From an uncultured Spirochaetales bacterium (GTDB lineage: Bacteria > Spirochaetota > GWE2-31-10 > CAYYKD01), in assembly GCA_964471825.1 (NCBI GenBank), contig CAYYKD010000008.1, positions 5,867 through 69,866 of the forward strand: DNA of 64,000 bases, given 5' to 3'. Position numbers and translations under genes: made by a program. Below, in pieces: positions 1-9,358 of this stretch (positions within the stretch are counted from its first letter, which is position 1; each line of letters starts with the position of its first letter). A model generated the notes under the pieces. It saw only the letters and a program-made list of their open reading frames with translations, ran no database searches and was not told the DNA's origin.

Positions 1-2072
1 TGATCACTCTTATTTCTTCTTCCATTTACCTGCTTAATATTAAAATGGGAGCTTTTCGATGGTAACGCAATCCTGCTGCTTTTTTTTTCAGCTGATATAT
101 TCTGATTCTGTTCAATATCGAGAGTATTCTCAGTATTACGATTTTCTACAGATTTTTTCTTAACATCTATATTATCGGTAGTAATGGTTTCAGGTGCTTT
201 TTTAAGTACTAGATTATCTTTTTCTTGATTGTTATTATCATTTCCATTACTTATTTTTTCCACATTATTTTTATCTATAGTCTTATTTTCCGAATCTCCA
301 CCTTTTACATGTTCTTCTTTATTTATTAGAGTATCGATTTCTTGAACTTTCTCCCGTTTGATAATTTCTTCTTTTTTCTTTTCTATGGTTTCTACAACTG
401 TAAAGAAGGATTTCAACTTTTCTCTTTGTTCTGCAAAGACCTCTTTTCTAGACACCATATTCTCGAATAATTCCTGTGCTTTCAATATTTCAGGTTTATT
501 TTCATCAATCAGATTCTTTTCTTTCATCTCCTCAATATAATCACCAAGTTGCCTCATCTTATCTTTTAGAGCATCAACTTCAAAATCTTTTTCAAATATT
601 AAAAATGGATCCACCTCATCTTTAAATTTAATAAAATCTGTACTTATCACCCGATCTCTGACTATAATGGTTTTATTTTCATTATTAAAGCCAATTCTCT
701 GTTCTAATAATATTCCGCATTCATTAATGACTTTACCACTACACTCTATGGATTTATCCAAAGAAAGGTAATGTCCACAATTAAAATCTGTTTGAAGCAT
801 TACAAAATAGAGTAATGAATCAATTGAGTTTTTAGTTTCACTAGAGATATATTTTTTTATTATTTCACCATCGCTTTTTCCTTCTATCTTTATTGATGGT
901 CTTTGATTAGCAGATAAATTTTTAACAATATTATTTATGGAGTCGTCGTCATTTATTTTCTTCTCAAATACTAACGGGTGATACTTTAAGATTGGTAATG
1001 CATCTTTATCATAATAATCAATCTTCATTTCAAAAGAAGATTTAGTCTCATCAAGCCCGATATACTCTACCAGAAAGTGATTTTCATTTTCTAGAAATCC
1101 TTTTTCTCCATCTAGTGAATACTTAATATTATTATATATTATATAGATCCGCTTATTTTGAAACATCAATCTTATATTATTTAGTTTTACATCTATCGTA
1201 TCACGCTCGGGATAAAGAGGATCAAATATATCATCAGAAATTAGTTTTAACCAAAGCGGGTCTTTTTCTCGAAGAACTAACTTAATTTTTTCATTTGATG
1301 ATCCATTATCTATAAAGGTTTTTAACCAAAGTGAGTCAGGATAGACGCCCTCTGTAACATATAAAAATTTAATAGATCCCGGAGTTATACCAACACGAAT
1401 TGCATCTTTTACCCAATCTTGATTACCTGTAATACAGGCAAAATTATTATTTGAATAAACAAATATTGATTTATCTGATATGATAAAACCGTCTTTCTTG
1501 TATGTCTCTAAATAATATTTTCTAAAATAGTCCGTCTTTAAAGAAATTTCCTTTTTTTCACTTACTATCTTGCCTAACCAATCCTTCAAGTCAAATATAT
1601 TTTCAGCCCGATTAAAAACCCGAATATTCCCATCGTTATAGAATGCAGCAAAACTATGTTTTACTCTTCTTCTATCATATCTTAGTTCCTCGAGAAATTG
1701 TTCCTCAGATTTCTTTTGAATATTTTTCCCTTTATTTTCAGGATCTTCAGCATAGACTTTTACAATATTATCTGTTTCAATTCCTCCGGTTTTCAGAAAT
1801 TCTACAAATTTATTTACTACAGTTGTAAGACCTATTATCTTTCTATCAATATTTGGTCTAAAAATATCTAATTCTTTAAAGGGATTTCCGGGATATAGTG
1901 AGGTAAGAAGAGTTATAAAGGTTAGACCTTGTCCGAATTCCTTCAAAAATGGCGAGTTCCCTATCCGTAGAAATCTTTCCTTTTTACTAGATAATTCCTC
2001 TGCAAATATAATAAAACATTCTTGATCTATATGAAAAACTCTCTTAGTATTATCCAAATGCTGTGATGTCAT
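1..2072 (-). CDS. Large hypothetical protein, C-terminally truncated by the window edge (at least 690 aa visible). N-terminus reads MTSQHLDNTKRVFHIDQECF; the distal part is K/E/N-rich low complexity.
   Basis: Manual reverse-complement translation from ATG at 2072 (AGGAAA Shine-Dalgarno 7 nt upstream) stays open to position 1. It is absent from the ORF track, presumably because no stop lies inside the window. No family recognised. Confidence 0.5.
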   Translation of the reverse strand, partial: MTSQHLDNTKRVFHIDQECFIIFAEELSSKKERFLRIGNSPFLKEFGQGLTFITLLTSLYPGNPFKELDIFRPNIDRKIIGLTTVVNKFVEFLKTGGIETDNIVKVYAEDPENKGKNIQKKSEEQFLEELRYDRRRVKHSFAAFYNDGNIRVFNRAENIFDLKDWLGKIVSEKKEISLKTDYFRKYYLETYKKDGFIISDKSIFVYSNNNFACITGNQDWVKDAIRVGITPGSIKFLYVTEGVYPDSLWLKTFIDNGSSNEKIKLVLREKDPLWLKLISDDIFDPLYPERDTIDVKLNNIRLMFQNKRIYIIYNNIKYSLDGEKGFLENENHFLVEYIGLDETKSSFEMKIDYYDKDALPILKYHPLVFEKKINDDDSINNIVKNLSANQRPSIKIEGKSDGEIIKKYISSETKNSIDSLLYFVMLQTDFNCGHYLSLDKSIECSGKVINECGILLEQRIGFNNENKTIIVRDRVISTDFIKFKDEVDPFLIFEKDFEVDALKDKMRQLGDYIEEMKEKNLIDENKPEILKAQELFENMVSRKEVFAEQREKLKSFFTVVETIEKKKEEIIKREKVQEIDTLINKEEHVKGGDSENKTIDKNNVEKISNGNDNNNQEKDNLVLKKAPETITTDNIDVKKKSVENRNTENTLDIEQNQNISAEKKSSRIALPSKSSHFNIKQVNGRRNKSD

Positions 2073-2388
2073 CTTTTTTTCCTAACTTATTTTAGGCTAT
2101 TCTAAAACAATATCACAAAATGTCAATTTATTTCTTGTTTATTACTCTTTTTATCTTTTAATCAATCCAATTTGATTATATTGCAAATAAAGTTTTGGAT
2201 TTAGTTAGATATTAGAATTAATTATCATTTTAAAACTAAGACTCATCACTAATAATTAAACACTCAAATCAACACTCCAAACATTTCACACTTTAATCAA
2301 CCTAAATTTAATCTATAAACTTTTATTGTTTAGTTGAAATAACAAAAAAAAGCTACCTTTACAGGCAGCCTTAGATTGAATTACTAAT

Positions 2389-2430
2389 GAGACTCTTGCA
2401 AAATTCAAAATTTATTTTTGCAAGAACCTC
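2389..2430. repeat. Palindromic intergenic repeat, family B copy 1 (GAGACTCTTGCAAAATTCAAAATTTATTTTTGCAAGAACCTC)
   Basis: 10-bp inverted arms TCTTGCAAAA/TTTTGCAAGA. Near-identical copies occur at 42031..42077 (opposite orientation) and 62559..62601. Confidence 0.7.
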
Positions 2431-2438
2431 TATTAATT

Positions 2439-3437
2439 TTAATTTTTTATAAACTCTGATGGATTCTTAACTACTCTTTCAATTGATGCTTGAGTTACGA
2501 AATATACATATGAATTGTAATCAGGTTTAAATACAAAATCATATGATTGATCATCCGAATTATATACATTGATATTTCTTGTATCTCCGTTATTCAATAC
2601 TATTTTTATAAATCCTAGATTTTTTAAACCATCAACTTTTCCATCGTATTTAAAGTTGTCTGCTTTGAATGAAATAATGGATTTAATCTGATTTTCGAGT
2701 GCGAATTCCTTCAACTCTTTTTCGATTGATGGTACTATTTCATATATTTTTTTGCCGGGTTGTGCTGGATCATCTTTTGAAGAGATTGAATAGTCCACAT
2801 TATACTTAGAACTTTTTAATGAATAGCTAATTGTTTTTACAGAATCTAAATCTATTCCTTTAATTATACTTTGATCTGTCCATTTTAAAACATCATTTGG
2901 GGTTTCTACTGCAATTAATGATTTTACTTCTCGGACAGAGTTCACATCACTTTTATTAGTAAACCCATTGTTTATAATAATATACGATGTCCCCTTCGTA
3001 GGTCCAACATTCCCTATTCTTATTTCAATGGTTTTTTTATCCATTGTAAATACAACCACTTTTTGACCGACCAGATCATCAAATCCATATCTTTTTTTTG
3101 ATTCAGGGGTTAGATTGCTTTCGATGACCATCCCTTTTTTTAGAGATTCAATAATCTTAAGATAGCCTTCAACTTTAGATATATTGGCTGGCACCTTTGA
3201 GTCTCTATAATTAACTATCCAACTATCAGCATTCTTCTCTAACTTAAATGATTTCTCTGCATCTACAATTTCCAATGAAATAATATTCTTACTAGTAACA
3301 TTTTTTAACAAAGGTCTATTCATCGAATATAGTTTAATATTCGATGAGGAAAAGATATTTAGTGTTACAAATAATATTACCTGTAGACCGACAAAAATCG
3401 CTAGAAAAATTATTAACTTTTTACTTTCTATTTTCAT
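2439..3437 (-). CDS. DUF4340-like membrane-anchored protein, the partner commonly encoded next to GldG-type ABC auxiliary proteins
   Basis: N-terminal TM helix, 332 aa, lies immediately downstream of the GldA/F/G-like ABC genes. The domain call rests on this gene context and is an inference. Confidence 0.45.
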   Translation of the reverse strand: MKIESKKLIIFLAIFVGLQVILFVTLNIFSSSNIKLYSMNRPLLKNVTSKNIISLEIVDAEKSFKLEKNADSWIVNYRDSKVPANISKVEGYLKIIESLKKGMVIESNLTPESKKRYGFDDLVGQKVVVFTMDKKTIEIRIGNVGPTKGTSYIIINNGFTNKSDVNSVREVKSLIAVETPNDVLKWTDQSIIKGIDLDSVKTISYSLKSSKYNVDYSISSKDDPAQPGKKIYEIVPSIEKELKEFALENQIKSIISFKADNFKYDGKVDGLKNLGFIKIVLNNGDTRNINVYNSDDQSYDFVFKPDYNSYVYFVTQASIERVVKNPSEFIKN

Positions 3438-3468
3438 AAATACTCCTCATAAATAAATTTTTTCACGA

Positions 3469-3563
3469 GGCTGTCCACTAAGTCGGTTTATAAACGATTT
3501 TTACTCGTTTTACGCCGGCAATTAACCGGCACAAATAAAAATTTCTCGACTTAATGGACAGCC
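3469..3563. repeat. 95-nt structured palindromic element, family A copy 1 (GGCTGTCCACTAAGTCG...CGACTTAATGGACAGCC)
   Basis: 17-bp terminal inverted repeats (16/17 complementary) enclose two internal hairpins, AAACGA-N7-TCGTTT and GCCGG-CAATTAA-CCGGC. The second copy at 32562..32656 is 94/95 identical. The element is much more GC-rich than its flanks. Confidence 0.8.
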
Positions 3564-3613
3564 CCGATATAATCATAGGCTCATTAAGATACCTGATGAA
3601 CGCATAGGTCTAC

Positions 3614-5245
3614 CTAAAATTGTTCTCTGATACGAGAGAGTTTTTTTCTCTTCAATATATATAGAATAAATCCTAACGCAATAAAAAGTATCGGTAAAAT
3701 ATATGTCGAAAAAACTATTACAATGTTTTTTACAATCTCAAGTACAGGCTTTGTTGTTTTATCTAGTTTTCTTTCGAACATCCCCTTACTTCTAATTTTC
3801 ATCAGATCACTGTCAGTGTGTAGTGCCTCTACTGCATTAAGGGCAAATGAAAGTTCAGTGTCTGAAACGAGTCTATTTTCATAAAAATAACTATCAACAA
3901 ATGTTTCATTTCCAACCGCTACAATCTGAGCAGTACCTGAATTTAATCTCTTGTATTCGAACTTTTCACCGCTAGAGTTTTCAGGAATCTCTTTTCCTTC
4001 AAAATAACTTTTTAATTCTCCTTGAAAATGAACAGCAAGAGAAAACTGCTCATTGCCTTCTAACCGATGAAATGCATAGTCCTCTGGTGTAATTTTTATA
4101 TCCTGTGTGTCTGCCCATGATTGTTTTGTTGTTGTAAAAAGAGTTGTCACTTTATCCTTAATAGAATCGTCAATGTTAATTGATGATGCCCAAAGTAAAT
4201 TTAACTCAGGCAAATCTGATACAATTTTACTATCTGAATTAATATTCATAGATTTTACATTAATATAGATGGGGTATCTAGCCATTTCGAGATAACCCTT
4301 TTTTGTAGATGGGATTGGATTAAATGATTCATTGTCTCCAACAATATCTCTATTTATTGTTATACCATATGATTTTAACATCTCAAATAAACCACCAAAA
4401 GAAGGCAGAACCATTGGACCACCATATGATTGATTTTCGAAGTTTATCTTAACTCCGGAAGCAGCAACCATTAAATTTCCACCCCTCATCAAAAATTGAT
4501 CAATCTGAAATAGATCGTATTCTGTTAATGCCTCACTTCCAATAACCAATAATGTCGAAATATCTTCAGGTATATTCATGCCTGTTCCAATATCAACTTG
4601 ATTCTTAAACTGTGATTTTATATAATGCTTTATGTGTCTGTAATCTCTATCCAATGACTTACCATTTAAACCGGCAATTATACCGACTGACTTCGATCCA
4701 AACTCAGCATTTATTAGATTTTTTATCTGAATCGCTATATCGAACTCAAGGCCTTCACTTTGACGAACTATTGGAATTGTTTCAGTTTTATCTTTATATT
4801 TAATTATTATTCCGGAAAAACCTAGAACTTGCTTTATTTCGGACTTATCTGATTGAACCAATGGAAACTGTCTTATCCCCTGCTCTTCTAAACCGGCGAT
4901 CTCTTCCATATGTTTTTCATAACTTAATGTCCGAATTATTACACTGATCTTTCCTCTTGAATACCCCTGCATTTCTTTCAGAATATCTTCAACATACTGT
5001 ATAACCAAAGACATATTTCTAACCTGTTTTGCCTTATCGTTATAGTAGTATTCTATAATGACACCTGTGTCGATTTTCTTAATTAAATCCTTTGTTGGTT
5101 TCGATATGCTATATTTTTGTCCTCTTGTTAAATCTAACCTGAGATACAAAAAATTAGATACGAATATTAAAAAGATAATATTTACTATAATTAAGCCAAA
5201 TATTACCCACGATTGATTTTTTTTATTTTTTACATTATCATTCAT
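3614..5245 (-). CDS. GldG-like auxiliary component of an ABC-type uncharacterised transport system
   Basis: 543 aa with N- and C-terminal TM helices and a large periplasmic region. Operon context with an ABC-2 permease and an ATPase. Confidence 0.55.
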   Translation of the reverse strand: MNDNVKNKKNQSWVIFGLIIVNIIFLIFVSNFLYLRLDLTRGQKYSISKPTKDLIKKIDTGVIIEYYYNDKAKQVRNMSLVIQYVEDILKEMQGYSRGKISVIIRTLSYEKHMEEIAGLEEQGIRQFPLVQSDKSEIKQVLGFSGIIIKYKDKTETIPIVRQSEGLEFDIAIQIKNLINAEFGSKSVGIIAGLNGKSLDRDYRHIKHYIKSQFKNQVDIGTGMNIPEDISTLLVIGSEALTEYDLFQIDQFLMRGGNLMVAASGVKINFENQSYGGPMVLPSFGGLFEMLKSYGITINRDIVGDNESFNPIPSTKKGYLEMARYPIYINVKSMNINSDSKIVSDLPELNLLWASSINIDDSIKDKVTTLFTTTKQSWADTQDIKITPEDYAFHRLEGNEQFSLAVHFQGELKSYFEGKEIPENSSGEKFEYKRLNSGTAQIVAVGNETFVDSYFYENRLVSDTELSFALNAVEALHTDSDLMKIRSKGMFERKLDKTTKPVLEIVKNIVIVFSTYILPILFIALGFILYILKRKKLSRIREQF

Positions 5246-5248
5246 AAG

Positions 5249-6013
5249 TTAGCTCCCCTTTTTACTATCAAGCGATCGAAGGTTAAGATAGAAAAAAATT
5301 ACTGTTACTCCAAGGTAATAGATAACATCTCGTGAATCAATCACACCCTTACTAAAATTTGCAAAATGTGTAGATAGACTTGTATAGACCAGTAAATTTC
5401 TAAGCCACTCTAACCATGCCGGAAAAATAACTATCATGGAAAGGTATCCAAAAGTAGTAAGAATTAATAAAAGAGACGCACTTATTAAAAATGCATCGAT
5501 CAATTCCTTTGTAAGGCTGGATAGAAATAAAGTAATAGATATATAACAACCTGCTAATATAATAGAACCAAGATACTGTGTAAAAATTTGCCCCCAATCA
5601 AATGAACCCGCAAAACTACTTATCAATGGAATTGAAAGAGTACTTAGTAATGCGATACTCACTAGAGTCAATGCAGCAAAGAATTTACCAAGCATAACCT
5701 GCCATGCTTGAACAGGAAAAGTGAACAACAGCTCAAGTGTTCCTGCATTTTTTTCTTTTGCCCACCCGCCCATTGTTAGGCCGGGTATAAAAATTATAAA
5801 GATAAACGGAAGCATTGCAAAATAGGTTCTCATTGTCGCATTGTTTTCTCTAAATATCCCGCCAAAAAAATAGAAGAAGAAAATATTTGGGATCAAAAGA
5901 AATAATACTAGAAATACATATGCAATCGACGAGTTAAAATAATCAGATAATTCTTTTTTATAGATAGTCAATATAGGTCTAAGCATTTTCATTTTCATCT
6001 CCCTCACCCGCAA
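5249..6013 (-). CDS. ABC-2 family permease (GldF-like)
   Basis: Polytopic membrane protein of 254 aa that overlaps the upstream ATPase gene. The true start is probably MKMLRP, a few codons inside the call. Confidence 0.6.
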   Translation of the reverse strand: MRVREMKMKMLRPILTIYKKELSDYFNSSIAYVFLVLFLLIPNIFFFYFFGGIFRENNATMRTYFAMLPFIFIIFIPGLTMGGWAKEKNAGTLELLFTFPVQAWQVMLGKFFAALTLVSIALLSTLSIPLISSFAGSFDWGQIFTQYLGSIILAGCYISITLFLSSLTKELIDAFLISASLLLILTTFGYLSMIVIFPAWLEWLRNLLVYTSLSTHFANFSKGVIDSRDVIYYLGVTVIFFYLNLRSLDSKKGS

Positions 6014-6938
6014 GTTTCAAAAAGATCTCTTCAAGGTTAGCTGATCCGCTTGAAATTGAAGATAATTTATAATTATATTTATTAACAAACTCATTAATCT
6101 CATTCGTGAAGTTTGCATCTTTACCAACCATCGCCTTAAATTTAAACGCATTCTTTGATAATTTTTTTTCAAACTCAATTTTCCATGCAGATTTTATTTC
6201 AGTCAATTTCTGCTCTAGATCATTTAAATTATCAGCTTCTATAGTAAGATCAAAGAACTTCTCATCTGCAAACTTCTCTACTAATTTTTGTAAAGAATCA
6301 TCTGCAACAACTTGCCCTTTCTTGATAATAATTACCCGCTCACATAGTGCTTCAATTTCAGATAGAATATGTGTCGAAAGAATAATAGTTTTCTTTTCGC
6401 TTAGGCGTCTTAACATTCTCCTAAAAGTAATAATCTGATTAGGATCAAGCCCGGAGGTAGGTTCATCAAGAATCAGGATTTGAGGATCATGCAACATGAC
6501 AGAAGCTAAGCCAACTCTCTTTCTAAATCCCTTAGATAGTTGTCCAATTTTTTTTACTATTACAGATTTTAATGAAACCAATTCAACCATCTTTTTAATT
6601 GAACTATCTACATTTTCTTTTTCGATCCCTCGAATTTCCGCACAGAACTTCAGATAATCATACACTGTCATGTCATCATACTGCGGTGTGTGTTCGGGTA
6701 GATAACCAATCAAATTTTTGATGTACAATGATTCCTCTAGAACATCCTTGCCGTCAATAAATATATCACCGCTAGTTGGGGTTAGATATGTTGTTAACAT
6801 CCGCATAATTGTTGTTTTACCGGCACCATTTGGACCTAGTAAACCAACAATCTCCCCTCTTTGCACTTCAAATGATACATTTTTTACGGCAGTGGAATTT
6901 GAGTCAAAAGACTTAACTAAATTAGAAACTTTAATCAT
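5979..6938 (-). CDS. ABC transporter ATP-binding protein (GldA-like)
   Basis: Walker A GPNGAGKTT, ABC signature LSKGFRKRVGLA, Walker B ILILDEPTSGLD. Confidence 0.85.
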   Translation of the reverse strand: MIKVSNLVKSFDSNSTAVKNVSFEVQRGEIVGLLGPNGAGKTTIMRMLTTYLTPTSGDIFIDGKDVLEESLYIKNLIGYLPEHTPQYDDMTVYDYLKFCAEIRGIEKENVDSSIKKMVELVSLKSVIVKKIGQLSKGFRKRVGLASVMLHDPQILILDEPTSGLDPNQIITFRRMLRRLSEKKTIILSTHILSEIEALCERVIIIKKGQVVADDSLQKLVEKFADEKFFDLTIEADNLNDLEQKLTEIKSAWKIEFEKKLSKNAFKFKAMVGKDANFTNEINEFVNKYNYKLSSISSGSANLEEIFLKLAGEGDENENA

Positions 6939-7240
6939 AAAACCACCTGATTTATAAAAATTTATTTTCGATTAAAAAAAACAGAATATTTGTATATTCA
7001 CAAGAATATTTGGATGTGTCAATACGCTTTACATTTAGTTTAACATAAAACTTTACATTAGTACAGATTAATTAAACCATTCTTGCCGAATTTAAGTATT
7101 TACAAATGTTTTATTTTCGTCTATAAAGATTTACTGCAATTAATTTATTCTATCAATTGCATAGTAATTTTGGTGTAAACAACACCTTACCAATGTTCAT
7201 TTTTTAGAATGAAATTTCCATTTATTAAAGTGAGACTATT

Positions 7241-7906
7241 ATGAATATTCAATATTTAAAACGATCTGATAAAGAAGAACTAATTATATTCTTTTCAGGA
7301 TGGGGAATTGAAAGCTATTCATTTTTAAATATTCCATCTAAGTCATCAATATTATTTATCAGCGATTATTCTAAACTGGATAATATAAATACAATAAATA
7401 ATTATTCAGCTAATTATAAAAAAATTACTGTAATTTCATGGAGTTTTGGAGTTCTTATCTATTCTATCATTAAGGAAGAATTGAAATTCAAATCAGAATC
7501 CGAAATTGCGATTAATGGCACCCTTAAACCTATTGACGACAGATATGGAATTCCGGAGAAAATTTTTGATAAAACACTGATTAACCTGAATCAAATATCT
7601 ATAAACCAATTTTACTCAAATATGTTCAATAACGAGGCTGATTCTTTGAGATTTTTATCAAATAACACCTCTAGAGATTTAAATTCACTAAATAATGAGT
7701 TATCAAAATTAAAAAATTATGCTAATAATCATTCTAATATTACGAATAATTTTAACAAGGTAATAATATCTAAACAAGATAAAATTATTAGATTTCAAAA
7801 TCAACTGCGATTCTGGGATCAAAGATGTAAAAATATTTCAATAATTGATAGTGGACATTTTCCGTTTTATTTGTGGAATCAATGGGAGGATATACTTGAA
7901 AGTTAA
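7241..7906 (+). CDS. bioG: Putative pimeloyl-ACP methyl ester esterase BioG (DUF452-like)
   Basis: About 220 aa with FFSGWG and SWSFG (GxSxG-like) motifs. Lies immediately upstream of bioC-bioD. Confidence 0.4.
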   Translation: MNIQYLKRSDKEELIIFFSGWGIESYSFLNIPSKSSILFISDYSKLDNINTINNYSANYKKITVISWSFGVLIYSIIKEELKFKSESEIAINGTLKPIDDRYGIPEKIFDKTLINLNQISINQFYSNMFNNEADSLRFLSNNTSRDLNSLNNELSKLKNYANNHSNITNNFNKVIISKQDKIIRFQNQLRFWDQRCKNISIIDSGHFPFYLWNQWEDILES

Positions 7907-8654
7907 CAAAGAATTTATGCTGAGACAATTTACAAGAACGCTTAGCACCTACGAGTCGAATGCATTGGTGCAAAACGATATGGCTGAAAAGTTGATATCT
8001 TTAATTACTGAAAAAGCAGGGATTACTCACAATCGTACACTCGAGGTTGGTTGTGGAACGGGACTTTTGACTAAGAAATTCGTCAACGAATTTGCGATCA
8101 ATGAACTTTACCTTAATGACCTTATCAGTGACTTCGATACATATATTAAAAAAAGAGTACACGATGAGTTTGAAGTTATCAACGGAGACATCGAAGAGAT
8201 AAACAGTTTCCCTAATGATTTTGATCTTATCATATCAAATGCAACATTTCAATGGTTTAATGACACTAAGAAAACTATCGAAAAACTTCACAGTCATTTA
8301 AAACAAAACGGAATATTAGCATTCACAACATTTGGGCAATCTCACTTTAAGGAAATAAAAGAAATAACAAATATTACTCTTGACTATTTACCTGAAAGCT
8401 TCTACAAAGAACTATCCTCGGATAAGTTCGATTTACTACACTACTCATCTGAGATAGTTCACCTCTGGTTTCCCGATCCCATCTCTGTTTTACACCACAT
8501 AAAATACTCAGGTGTTAATGGAATAGAAACACCAAAATGGACAAGATCAACACTAAATACATTCTGTAAGAACTATGAAAAGAAATTCACCTCTCCAAAA
8601 GGTGTATCACTCTCATATCAGCCGGTGTTTGTTTTACTTAAAAAGAAGGGGTAA
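7845..8654 (+). CDS. bioC: Malonyl-ACP O-methyltransferase BioC (class I SAM methyltransferase)
   Basis: SAM motif EVGCGTGLLT and BioC-like N-terminus (LSTYESNALVQ). The true start is likely the M of MLRQFTRT, near position 7917. Confidence 0.65.
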   Translation: MIVDIFRFICGINGRIYLKVNKEFMLRQFTRTLSTYESNALVQNDMAEKLISLITEKAGITHNRTLEVGCGTGLLTKKFVNEFAINELYLNDLISDFDTYIKKRVHDEFEVINGDIEEINSFPNDFDLIISNATFQWFNDTKKTIEKLHSHLKQNGILAFTTFGQSHFKEIKEITNITLDYLPESFYKELSSDKFDLLHYSSEIVHLWFPDPISVLHHIKYSGVNGIETPKWTRSTLNTFCKNYEKKFTSPKGVSLSYQPVFVLLKKKG

Positions 8655-8656
8655 CA

Positions 8657-9319
8657 ATGAAAATATACTTCATTACTGGAATTGATACTAACTGTGGTAA
8701 AACACATGCAGCGGGACTATTTGCAAAATATTTAAAATCGCAAGAACTAAAAGTAACAACACTTAAAGCGATTCAAACCGGTAGTAAAACCTCAATATCT
8801 GAAGACATATTAACTCACAGAAAAATTATGGGAGTAGAGCCTGATCAATTTGATATAGACCTGGTTACCAGCCCTATCTCATTAACATACCCTTGTTCTC
8901 CCCACCTTGCTGCCAGCATGGAAAATCAGAAGATCTACACAAGTAAAATAACCGATTCAATCACATACTTATCGGACTTTTTTGATGCTCTCATTATTGA
9001 AGGTGCCGGCGGTTTATTTACACCGATATCGATGGATTATACACTATACGACTTCCTAAAAGAAAACATAAATTTTAAAACAATCCTGGTCAGTTCATCC
9101 AAACTAGGAGCGATTAACCACACAATCTTGACAATTAATCAAATATCTAACACGAAGGAAATATACTTCAATGGTGTAATTTTTAACGAATTTCTTCACG
9201 ATGACCCAATTATCGCCGACGGCAACCTAGAGTTTTTATCAAATTACTTTAACAACATTCACTTTACTAAAGTAACTCACGACACCAACATTGAGTACGA
9301 TTTTTCTAAATTGATTTAG
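8657..9319 (+). CDS. bioD: Dethiobiotin synthetase BioD
   Basis: N-terminal P-loop MKIYFITGIDTNCGKTHAAG and the EGAGG motif. Confidence 0.8.
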   Translation: MKIYFITGIDTNCGKTHAAGLFAKYLKSQELKVTTLKAIQTGSKTSISEDILTHRKIMGVEPDQFDIDLVTSPISLTYPCSPHLAASMENQKIYTSKITDSITYLSDFFDALIIEGAGGLFTPISMDYTLYDFLKENINFKTILVSSSKLGAINHTILTINQISNTKEIYFNGVIFNEFLHDDPIIADGNLEFLSNYFNNIHFTKVTHDTNIEYDFSKLI

Positions 9320-9358
9320 ATCTACATTTATTTATTGCTGCAGCAAGAAGTGCTATAC

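Noticed and set aside
358-1828. Small plus-strand ORFs 358..540 and 1643..1828
   Set aside because: They are embedded antisense in the long minus-strand ORF 1..2072. They are hydrophobic or low-complexity with no RBS.
3614-6938. GldA/GldF/GldG homologues as evidence of Bacteroidetes gliding motility
   Set aside because: This ABC system family (with DUF4340) is widespread outside Bacteroidetes. No other gld/spr genes are present, and genes here use Shine-Dalgarno sites unlike typical Bacteroidetes, so no motility inference is made.
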